From sequence record OZ335959.1: a stretch of DNA of 64,000 bases; one strand, given 5' to 3'. The notes under the pieces were generated by a model. That model saw nothing but the letters and a program-made list of their open reading frames with translations, did no database searches and was not told where the DNA came from. The position numbers and the translations under genes are program-made. The DNA is from a phage. Of the stretch, positions 56,333 through 64,000 are shown one piece after another; position 1 is the stretch's first letter, and each line of letters begins with the position of its first letter.

Positions 56333-56851
56333 TTAATAACCTCGGTCTTGACGAGCGAAGTTTTCAGCATTTTTCAGATAATAAAGTTTAAAGATTTCTT
56401 CAGCCGTAAGACCGAGACCTTGGAACATGTTCAGAACGAAATGAAGAATATCAATCATTTCGAATTTAATTTCCAACTGGTCTTGTGGAGATAAGTCAGT
56501 AATCAGAGTTTCACGACGTTCACCGTGTTGCGACTTCCAAGGCTTCCATACAGCAGATGCATCTTTTTCGCCATTGCTCATACCACCAAGAGAAGTCAGA
56601 AGTTCGCGGAATTCATCATCAATATAATCTTTCTGATTACGCAGCCAATCAACAACTTCACCTGCAGTAGCCAAATCATCAGGATGACGGTTATATTCAG
56701 GTTTATCTTTAGCTAAACGAACTTGCAGAGATTTCTGCATATCAAGCATAACCTGCAGCGGGTCTTTTTCATCACCGAGAATATCCCAGTATTCATTTTG
56801 AGCTTTATCAGCGCCTTCAATTAGTTGACTACATTCGTTAAAGTATGCCAT
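56333..56851 (-). CDS. 56: dCTP pyrophosphatase (dCTPase/dUTPase) gp56
   Basis: 172 aa from MAYFNE (track ORF runs 93 nt further upstream); AAGGA RBS; MazG-like. Confidence 0.85.
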   Translation of the reverse strand: MAYFNECSQLIEGADKAQNEYWDILGDEKDPLQVMLDMQKSLQVRLAKDKPEYNRHPDDLATAGEVVDWLRNQKDYIDDEFRELLTSLGGMSNGEKDASAVWKPWKSQHGERRETLITDLSPQDQLEIKFEMIDILHFVLNMFQGLGLTAEEIFKLYYLKNAENFARQDRGY

Positions 56852-56922
56852 TATTTTTCCTTTCAATTCATGGGTTAGTAGATTAATTATACAATAAATA
56901 TATAAAGCAATAAGGAGGACAT

Positions 56923-57123
56923 ATGGTACAAAAATTAATGGCACTTGTTAATGCCATAAAAGGTAATAAAAAACGTATAGCTTTTACTATTTCTGCTATG
57001 GTAGGAATTTTACTCTGGAATTTTGTTTTATCACCAATTGCTATTGCTCATGGTGTTAATATTCCGGTAATTACTCTTGATACATTCGTAGATTTAGCAT
57101 TTGCTTTGGTTGGGTTAATTTAA
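56923..57123 (+). CDS. small double-TM membrane protein (66 aa), convergent with flanking genes
   Basis: Plus-strand ORF with AAGGAGGA SD 4 nt upstream of ATG; two hydrophobic helices; stop overlaps gene 61 stop. Confidence 0.5.
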   Translation: MVQKLMALVNAIKGNKKRIAFTISAMVGILLWNFVLSPIAIAHGVNIPVITLDTFVDLAFALVGLI

Positions 57124-58148
57124 ATCTTAGCATATTTAGATAGCCGCATTTTAGCCATCAACCCTTGAGCAATATTATTTTTCATATATTCCATAATTTG
57201 TTCAGGGGTTGCACCTTCCTTTCTAATCATATCATTAACATCTTTTGATTTCCAGGGAGATTTGTCCCAAAACATAACCCTTTCTCCTGCATCAACTAAT
57301 TTAGTCATTCGTTTAATAGTGTCAGGGTGACGAGGTTCATTATCTAAAACCCATACACGTCTATCTTTAAATGGAACAATTTCTAGGTCTAATTGACCAC
57401 CCGTAATAGCTATACCATTTTCAATAAAAAGTGAATCTATAGGTCCTTCTAGAACATATACATCACCATCTTTGACTCGTTCAACTCCATAGATTTTTGT
57501 TGCCTCAGGATAAGCTTTGATGGTGATATATTTTTGGGGAGCATCTTTCTTTAATGCACGTCCTTGAAAAGACTCAGCTTTTCCGTTAGCATTATAAATT
57601 GGAATAACAAGACGAGGCTCGGGCATTTCCTTTTTATATGTTCCTGGCGCTATACTATTAACTAATTTAGGCCATTCGGTTGTAAACCAAAGATATTTCC
57701 ATTTATTCTTTGGAATACAACGAGCTTTTACATATTTTATAATTGGATGGTCTTCCGCCAGTTTATCTAATCTAATGCATGACGGAAGAGATTTAATTAT
57801 TTTCTTCTCAGGTTGTTTAGGAAGTTCTTTAGGTTTTTCTACTGGACGACTTTTACCTTTTTCTTTTCTTATTTCAAAGATATACTCACGATATAAATCA
57901 GGTTCAAACTCCTTTAAATATATTCCAATTGGTGCATGATAGTTACAGTTATAACAATGAATATTTCCTTCATTATTATCGCCATAATACCATCCACGGG
58001 CTTTATTTTGATCGGTTTTTGAATCTCCACAAACAGGACATCTAAACCGTAATTTAAAAGTTGAACTATTATTTACTTGTGCGAATTTAGGTAAATGAGC
58101 TAATGCACGGTATGCAAACTCATTATCAATCCAAGGTATTGATGACAT
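57120..58148 (-). CDS. 61: DNA primase gp61
   Basis: 342-aa ORF with N-terminal zinc ribbon CPVC...CYNC and TOPRIM region; same length as T4 gp61. Confidence 0.92.
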   Translation of the reverse strand: MSSIPWIDNEFAYRALAHLPKFAQVNNSSTFKLRFRCPVCGDSKTDQNKARGWYYGDNNEGNIHCYNCNYHAPIGIYLKEFEPDLYREYIFEIRKEKGKSRPVEKPKELPKQPEKKIIKSLPSCIRLDKLAEDHPIIKYVKARCIPKNKWKYLWFTTEWPKLVNSIAPGTYKKEMPEPRLVIPIYNANGKAESFQGRALKKDAPQKYITIKAYPEATKIYGVERVKDGDVYVLEGPIDSLFIENGIAITGGQLDLEIVPFKDRRVWVLDNEPRHPDTIKRMTKLVDAGERVMFWDKSPWKSKDVNDMIRKEGATPEQIMEYMKNNIAQGLMAKMRLSKYAKI

Positions 58149-58150
58149 TT

Positions 58151-58315
58151 TTACTCTTCTTTTTCTTTAGATTCCTCTTTTTTCTTTTTAGGAATCTGTT
58201 CAGGACCTTTATTTACTACAGCGCCTGACGTTGTTCCAGTGGAGATATTTTCAGGATTACCACCTGAATCTCCAGCTACCATATCTTCTTTGATAAATTC
58301 TTTATATGTTTTCAT
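58151..58315 (-). CDS. small charged protein (54 aa)
   Basis: Hand-translated MKTYKEFIKEDMVAGDSGG...KKKKEESKEKEE; below track cut-off. Confidence 0.4.
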   Translation of the reverse strand: MKTYKEFIKEDMVAGDSGGNPENISTGTTSGAVVNKGPEQIPKKKKEESKEKEE

Positions 58316-58316
58316 A

Positions 58317-58943
58317 TTAACCTCTATTCATAAAAGCATTAAAAATTTGGTCATCAATAGAAACATTTACTTTAGACTGTTTTTCTGATGGTAATTCATA
58401 TCCACATATTACAATTTTGTGATCAATATCAAAATACACAGAAGCAATATGATTAATGATGTTTTCAGTAAAGTCTAAATCAACATCAATATCTTTTTGA
58501 CCACAGCCCAAAGGATAAATAATGCGAGTAATTCGATTATCTTTAACAAAGATTCCACCGATATACTCTGTGCTGCGTTTAAAGTCTACACGCCGACGAA
58601 ATGAAAAATATTCAGGCTCTTTATGAGCTCGGCTCATAGGACACAACGAGTAACTAGAATAAGAGATGTCAAATCCTACGCCTTCAATATGAGCCAAAGT
58701 ATTACGATTAAACCAATTATAATCGTACGCCAAATCCATTAGATTATAATATGTAAAAGGCACCGGATTAACATCATTAGTCACAAGCACGTAATTAGCA
58801 ATTGCTATAATTTCATTGTTTTTAACGAATACAAACCGTGATTGATGGGAATGACCTGGACCCGCGTTTTCACGATTAATGATATAACACTGGGCACCTT
58901 TATATTTGTATGTATCTTTGCACTTGTGCATTTGATAGAGCAT
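58317..58943 (-). CDS. hypothetical protein (208 aa)
   Basis: ORF between primase and sp. Confidence 0.55.
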   Translation of the reverse strand: MLYQMHKCKDTYKYKGAQCYIINRENAGPGHSHQSRFVFVKNNEIIAIANYVLVTNDVNPVPFTYYNLMDLAYDYNWFNRNTLAHIEGVGFDISYSSYSLCPMSRAHKEPEYFSFRRRVDFKRSTEYIGGIFVKDNRITRIIYPLGCGQKDIDVDLDFTENIINHIASVYFDIDHKIVICGYELPSEKQSKVNVSIDDQIFNAFMNRG

Positions 58944-59236
58944 TATTCACCTACCACTTCAGCGATGATATTTTTATTATTAAAGTTTTTATCGCAATAC
59001 AGAACATAATTATACTGCATTACACCACCAGACTTAAGCTGTTTTTGTACTTCAGCTTTCATTTCAGGACGGTCACGCTCAACAATATTCATAATATCTG
59101 CTTCAATTTGAGTTTCAACTTCAGTCTGATCTGCAGTCATAGACCATTCACACAAATCTTTGTCATAACCCGCCATAGCAGGCTGAGCAGCACAAGAAGA
59201 TAAAGCAAAAATTGTAGCAAAGATAAATTTTTTCAT
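58943..59236 (-). CDS. sp: Spackle periplasmic protein (lysozyme inhibitor / superinfection exclusion)
   Basis: 97-aa ORF with signal peptide MKKFIFATIFALSSCAAQPAMA; same length and position as T4 Sp. Confidence 0.8.
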   Translation of the reverse strand: MKKFIFATIFALSSCAAQPAMAGYDKDLCEWSMTADQTEVETQIEADIMNIVERDRPEMKAEVQKQLKSGGVMQYNYVLYCDKNFNNKNIIAEVVGE

Positions 59237-59294
59237 GATAATCTCCTCAGTAGTTTATGTTTATAGTATCTCAATTTCTAATAAAAGTAAACAG

Positions 59295-59594
59295 CTATTT
59301 TAAAACTTCTGCATAATCACATGTTACAAACTGTTTCTCTAACTTGACGATTTTACGAAAGTATCTTTTGCATTGACGAATCTGTCGCTTCGTAGGGCGC
59401 ACAGCAAACTTAATAAATTCCACTCGACCAAATGGAGGGCTTTCTTCTGCCGGAATATCTAATACTAATTCCCACGTATCTGCAATAAGTGCTTTGAATT
59501 GAGTATTTTTCCTGACATTATACGAAGTAGGTTTAAATAAAACAATATGCATATTATCCTCGGCAATCCACTTCACATACTTTCTTGTCATCAA
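59295..59594 (-). CDS. hypothetical basic protein (99 aa)
   Basis: ORF. Confidence 0.5.
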   Translation of the reverse strand: MMTRKYVKWIAEDNMHIVLFKPTSYNVRKNTQFKALIADTWELVLDIPAEESPPFGRVEFIKFAVRPTKRQIRQCKRYFRKIVKLEKQFVTCDYAEVLK

Positions 59595-59736
59595 TGAAAG
59601 CTTTAACTAGCGCTTTATTAACTTCAGCATATTGAGTAGTAGCCCATTGAACGTCATCTTTCATCATTGTGATTTCTTTAGCAAACATGCTTTCGTTCTT
59701 AAACCACCCCATAAAAACTACCTTTACCAATTCCAT
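59554..59736 (-). CDS. dmd: Dmd antitoxin (inhibitor of RnlA/LsoA RNase toxins)
   Basis: 60-aa ORF MELVKVVFMGWFKNE..., matching T4 Dmd as I recall it; GAGGAG RBS. Confidence 0.8.
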   Translation of the reverse strand: MELVKVVFMGWFKNESMFAKEITMMKDDVQWATTQYAEVNKALVKAFIDDKKVCEVDCRG

Positions 59737-59769
59737 AACAATCTCCTCATTTAACCAACAAGACTACTA

Positions 59770-59808
59770 TACCATAGTCTTGTCAGCTTGTAAACTAAAA
59801 TTTTAATT
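59770..59808 (-). promoter_or_regulatory. early promoter module (-35 GTTTAC 59800-59805) inside the 3' end of gene 41
   Basis: Conserved module driving dmd. Confidence 0.45.
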
Positions 59809-61222
59809 CATTTGCCAAAGCATCTAACTGAGCCCGAGCGGATTCGTTTCTTTGATAGCGATTCTGTTCAGCCTGAATCTGCTGTGAACCTGCTACTTCG
59901 TTCACTTCGGTTGGAGTAGAATCTTGTTCAATTTCTACCCATTTCTGATTTCCTTTTTGAACACCCATCAAAAACTTATTCCATTTATTCTTATCACCAT
60001 ATCGTGATTTGATTTGCTTAATGAGTTGTTGTTCAGCAGCTGCTAACTCCTCGGTTTCAATGACCGCAAGCATAAAATCAGCTGTTGCTGGAAGACCGGC
60101 AGATTCTGCAATATCGCTCATGTTAACATCAGAAGAATCCCAAGCTTGCTTACCAACCTGTGCTGCGGTCCAAAGAACAGTTTCAGTTTCAACAGCCAGA
60201 GCACGCAATTCTTCTGCGATGGCTTTAACAGTTGTGTAACTATTTTCTGAATAAACTCTGATGCGGCAAGATTTACAAATACCTAGATAGTCAACAATAA
60301 TGATTGTTGGAACAAAATTCTTCTTGAGCTTCAATTCATTCAAGAGAGACCTGAATGTATTAGCGTCTGCTCCACCAGTAGGATACTGTTTAACGATTAA
60401 ACGACCGAGAGTAGATTTCTCACGCCATTTTTCCATTTTTCCTTTATATTCAGCGTAAGAAATATGCCCATCATCAATGTCATCAAGAGAAACATCAAGC
60501 ATATTAGCATCAATACGCTTAGCACAGACTTCTTCTGCCATTTCCATGGAAATGTAAAGAACATTATGTCCGAGCTGCAAATAATCTGCTGCCAATGAAC
60601 ACAATCCTAATGACTTACCGACGTTAACACCAGCCATTAAAACGTTCAGTGTTCCAGTTTCAGCTCCGCCTTTAGTAATTTTATTTAGAATTTTGAGTTT
60701 AAATGGAACCTTACGAGCTTTATTCATATAAGATAGCCAACGTGCTTCGTAGTCATCCATCCAATCATGACCAACGTAACTATCAAATGAAATTGATAAT
60801 GCTTGACGCATGATGTCAGGAATAGCACCTACATCTGGCATTTTCTTATTTCGTTTTTCCGGAGGAAGCTCAGCATTAGTTTGAATTTCAATTATTTTAG
60901 ACGTAGCATTAAACATCGCCCTTTGCTGAACATATTTTTCTGTTTCTTTTACTAACCAGCTGTGGTCTTCTGGAGAATCGGCTAGTTTCGAAATAAGTGT
61001 TTTTACACCAGAATATTCTGTTTCAGTAAATGAACTATTTTCTAATGCAACATTTAACGCATTAATAGATGGAACGCTATGGTACTCATTAACATGAGAT
61101 TTAATTAATTTGAATGTATTTTTAGCTGGACCACTTTCAAAATATTCTGAATCCATATATGGCCAAACTTTTGAAAAATAAGCTTGATCAAATATGAGAT
61201 GAGAAAGAATAATTTCTACCAC
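59795..61222 (-). CDS. 41: replicative DNA helicase gp41 (DnaB-like)
   Basis: 475-aa ORF with Walker A GVNVGKS and DnaB-family motifs; same length as T4 gp41. Confidence 0.95.
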   Translation of the reverse strand: MVEIILSHLIFDQAYFSKVWPYMDSEYFESGPAKNTFKLIKSHVNEYHSVPSINALNVALENSSFTETEYSGVKTLISKLADSPEDHSWLVKETEKYVQQRAMFNATSKIIEIQTNAELPPEKRNKKMPDVGAIPDIMRQALSISFDSYVGHDWMDDYEARWLSYMNKARKVPFKLKILNKITKGGAETGTLNVLMAGVNVGKSLGLCSLAADYLQLGHNVLYISMEMAEEVCAKRIDANMLDVSLDDIDDGHISYAEYKGKMEKWREKSTLGRLIVKQYPTGGADANTFRSLLNELKLKKNFVPTIIIVDYLGICKSCRIRVYSENSYTTVKAIAEELRALAVETETVLWTAAQVGKQAWDSSDVNMSDIAESAGLPATADFMLAVIETEELAAAEQQLIKQIKSRYGDKNKWNKFLMGVQKGNQKWVEIEQDSTPTEVNEVAGSQQIQAEQNRYQRNESARAQLDALANELKF

Positions 61223-61231
61223 ACTTACTCC

Positions 61232-61594
61232 TTAAAAGAATTTAAATTTTTTCTTTGACCTTTTATTAAATGCATCTTGTAGTTGCATTGTAATACATTT
61301 TTCTACATGAGGAGCTAACTCAGCTTTTCTTTCTTGGTCAAGAACAGCAAAGTCCATTACGACTTTTCCATCAACCCAATCTAATTTTGTCACATACACA
61401 ATGTGTGTAGAACCGTCTTCTAGTTTAATGACAATCTCCTGGATAACATTTTCCATGGCAGATTTAATTATCTTAAGAGATTCATTAAAAAGACGTTCTT
61501 TTCTTTCTTCTTCCCCCTCCGAAGAGGGGGATTCATCGATAATTTCTAGATCTAAATCTAAATCATCTTTATTCATTAAATTCTTCCATATCAC
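61232..61594 (-). CDS. 40: gp40 head assembly protein
   Basis: 120-aa ORF between 41 and uvsX. Confidence 0.65.
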   Translation of the reverse strand: MIWKNLMNKDDLDLDLEIIDESPSSEGEEERKERLFNESLKIIKSAMENVIQEIVIKLEDGSTHIVYVTKLDWVDGKVVMDFAVLDQERKAELAPHVEKCITMQLQDAFNKRSKKKFKFF

Positions 61595-62750
61595 TTAACT
61601 GATCTAGGTCAGTTTCTAAATCAGCTGCTGATTTACTTTTACTTTCTGGAGATTTAAATTTTTCAACCTTTGAGTTAATCAATTCATCAACTTCAGCTTC
61701 AACAATTTCATTACTATCAATAGCACCTAACTGATAAGCGCGTTTAATAGCATCTCGGAATGGCTGATGCTTAAATAAAGGACCCCAGAATGTAGTGCAA
61801 TTGGTATCTTTTGCACGCCAAGATTTTTCTTCGCGAATCATCTCGCCGGTTTCTTCGTCAAGAAATTCACGAGCATACCAGCCATTTTTAGGTTTTACCA
61901 CAAATCCTAATTCAAGAGCCATATCTAACAATCCAGAATAAGGATCGATGCCACCGTCAAATTTAACATCAATAAAGAATTTACTTTTTTCTTTAACGGT
62001 ACGAGATTTTTCTACATTTAGAACAAATTGATACCCCTGAAGATCAGAACCATCTTTAATCTGGCGCTTACCGATAATGAATACAGTATCAGCCGAATAC
62101 ATTACGCCTGTACCACCTGTCATCACGGTTTTACTAAACATTTCAATTGTTTCAATTGTATGGTTAACCGCAACACACGGAATGTTTTTAATACTAAAAT
62201 AAGGAGTAACAATACGAAATAATGACTTCAGCGATTTAGCACGAGTCATATCTGCCACAGATTTTTCATTCAAGGCATCTTCCGTTTCTTTCTTAGAAGC
62301 CATATTACCGATTGAGTCGATGAATACAATAACTTTTTCACCACGCTCAATAGCTTCAAGCTGATTCACCATATCAATTTTCAGTTGTTCAACTGACTGG
62401 ATTGGGGTATGAATTACTCGTTCCGGGTCAACTCCCATGGATCGCAAATAAGCGGGAGTAATACCAAATTCGCTATCATAGAATAGACATACCGCGTCAG
62501 GATATTTGTTCAAATACGCCGCAACCATAGTCAAAGACATATTTGATTTAAAGTGTTTAGAAGGACCTGCAAAAATGGTTAAACCAGACTGCATACCACC
62601 GTCAATCGCACCTGAAATAGCGATATTAAGCATTGGGATTTTTGTACGGATTACATCCTTTTCATTAAAGAATTTAGATGTAGTCAGTTCAGCAGTCATT
62701 TTAGAAGTGGAAGCTTTAATCAAACGGGATTTTAAATCTGCAATAGACAT
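61569..62750 (-). CDS. uvsX: UvsX recombinase (RecA-like)
   Basis: 393-aa ORF with Walker A GPSKHFKS and RecA-fold motifs. Confidence 0.92.
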   Translation of the reverse strand: MSIADLKSRLIKASTSKMTAELTTSKFFNEKDVIRTKIPMLNIAISGAIDGGMQSGLTIFAGPSKHFKSNMSLTMVAAYLNKYPDAVCLFYDSEFGITPAYLRSMGVDPERVIHTPIQSVEQLKIDMVNQLEAIERGEKVIVFIDSIGNMASKKETEDALNEKSVADMTRAKSLKSLFRIVTPYFSIKNIPCVAVNHTIETIEMFSKTVMTGGTGVMYSADTVFIIGKRQIKDGSDLQGYQFVLNVEKSRTVKEKSKFFIDVKFDGGIDPYSGLLDMALELGFVVKPKNGWYAREFLDEETGEMIREEKSWRAKDTNCTTFWGPLFKHQPFRDAIKRAYQLGAIDSNEIVEAEVDELINSKVEKFKSPESKSKSAADLETDLDQLSDMEEFNE

Positions 62751-62827
62751 TCATTTTTTCCATAGGCATCATTATATTTTCCTCACTGGTTAAAGATAGA
62801 GTAATTATAACACAATAAATTTAGGCA

Positions 62828-63676
62828 TTAATCAACTGCTATTGGATGAATAGCATTAAACTTATGAAACGCTTCTGATTTTTCTTTGCGCGAAACACAC
62901 ATGCGAAGAACCTTTAATGGCTCGTCTTCTTCACCCAACGATTTTCTCTTTTCAATATTTGATGTTTTCCAACGAGCTTGCTCTGGAAACTCTCTATTGA
63001 TTTGCTCAAGAGCTCTATTATGTTTTGAATTACTACGAATTGAACTACATCCGCCAGGAGCTTGCGCTTTTCCAGATACAACCAGATATTTGAACAAGGC
63101 CAAATGCGGATAACCTTGATTAATTAAATTGAGAAATGCATACATATCTTCGCATAAATCAATTTTTCCATACCCAATTTGTTCTGTTGTAAGTTTTCCA
63201 AGGTCATACCAAGTATTCGTGAATCCATATGAATTTTCACGATAATTACCCCAAGATGAAGTAATTTTAAAAATTGGTAAACGAGCATGACCATGATAAT
63301 ACCCGCAATCCATGGCATCTTCAACGTATTGAATCAATTCATAGAACTGTTCACGGGTTAATTGATTAATTTTATCTACGCAGCGACGATCATCTTTCTT
63401 TCGCATTGAACTCATACGAATAGTAGTATCATCATCAATCATCCAAATTCGTTGACCTGCATACATTTCAGTAATTGCTTTGCGAGTGCCAGCAATTCCA
63501 TTAACATCATCGGGAATAGTTATAATTTTGGCTCTAGACCCGTAAGCGTCATAATAAGCTTTTTCTTCGTGTTCACGTACTACAATATGAGGTTCATAAT
63601 CAGTCGGAAACATATCAAGGGCAGAAACTGCCCCTACGCGTTGATAGCTTGGAATTACGAATTGAATCATTTCCAC
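62828..63676 (-). CDS. DxD-motif glycosyltransferase (GT-A-like); probable DNA hydroxymethylcytosine glucosyltransferase at the beta-gt locus
   Basis: 282-aa ORF with IWMIDDD motif; sits between uvsX and 42 where T4 encodes the 351-aa beta-gt. Confidence 0.55.
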   Translation of the reverse strand: MEMIQFVIPSYQRVGAVSALDMFPTDYEPHIVVREHEEKAYYDAYGSRAKIITIPDDVNGIAGTRKAITEMYAGQRIWMIDDDTTIRMSSMRKKDDRRCVDKINQLTREQFYELIQYVEDAMDCGYYHGHARLPIFKITSSWGNYRENSYGFTNTWYDLGKLTTEQIGYGKIDLCEDMYAFLNLINQGYPHLALFKYLVVSGKAQAPGGCSSIRSNSKHNRALEQINREFPEQARWKTSNIEKRKSLGEEDEPLKVLRMCVSRKEKSEAFHKFNAIHPIAVD

Positions 63677-64000
63677 TCACCATTATAATCTTTTTTCGCA
63701 ATATGAGTTTCGCCAGTTTTCCACCAATGGTCAACCAAATAAAAATGACGGGAATACACATGAAGGCTTCCGACATTCCATATAATGGAACCTGCTTTAT
63801 ACTGACGAGTTGAATCACCTGCATTCAAATCAGATACTAATTTATCTAGTACGTATTTTTGCCATGCATAATCATTACGGAATCCGAAGACTACGTCATT
63901 TGAACGCATGCTTACTACTGCATTGACTTTCTTATCACGAATCAGGTACTGTACTGTATTCGTACACATGAAATCTGACATACCGTCTTTATTGTAGTCA
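63667..64000 (-). CDS. 42: dCMP hydroxymethylase gp42, C-terminal part (gene continues beyond window end)
   Basis: Translation ...DFMCTNTVQYLIRDKK...HVYSRHFYLVDHWWKTGETH matches the C-terminal half of T4 gp42; no true start in window. Confidence 0.85.
   Translation of the reverse strand, partial: DYNKDGMSDFMCTNTVQYLIRDKKVNAVVSMRSNDVVFGFRNDYAWQKYVLDKLVSDLNAGDSTRQYKAGSIIWNVGSLHVYSRHFYLVDHWWKTGETHIAKKDYNGEWK

Noticed and set aside
56895-56908. Possible late promoter (ATAAATATATAAAG) upstream of the plus-strand 66-aa ORF
   Set aside because: Best 8-mer TATATAAA matches the TATAAATA consensus at only 6 of 8 positions; not called, though late expression remains possible.

Overview
This window is a contiguous 64 kb stretch of a T-even (T4-like) myovirus genome, about one third of a ~170 kb phage chromosome, collinear with the T4 map as I recall it. 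Gene order by coordinate: 30.x block, rIII, 31, cd, pseT, spanins, alc, rnlA(63), denA, nrdB, nrdA, td, frd, 32, 59, 33, dsbA, rnh (all minus strand); the late long-tail-fibre genes 34-35-36-37-38 and holin t (plus strand); then asiA, arn, motA, 52, stp, ndd, denB, rIIB, rIIA, 39, dexA, dda, srd, modA, modB, soc, 56, 61, sp, dmd, 41, 40, uvsX, a glycosyltransferase and the 3' part of 42 (minus strand). Identifications rest on reading the translated ORFs against remembered T4 proteins, sizes and gene order; no database search was run. Intergenic regions carry recurring early-promoter modules, exact TATAAATA late promoters, GC-rich tetraloop hairpin terminators and the gene 32 pseudoknot operator. 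Differences from T4 that I can see: td and nrdB are intronless; no mobE, segF or mobA; gene 39 is one unsplit 606-aa ORF with no gene 60 bypass; gp38 is a glycine-rich T2-type adhesin and gp37 ends in a self-cleaving chaperone domain; the beta-gt locus holds a DxD glycosyltransferase; no dam-sized ORF lies between 56 and 61, where a convergent plus-strand 66-aa membrane protein gene sits instead; and an extra 68-codon ORF is wedged between frd and td. I did not find one obvious foreign cassette; the best candidates for undescribed functions are the small ORFs in the hyperplastic intervals, listed as findings.
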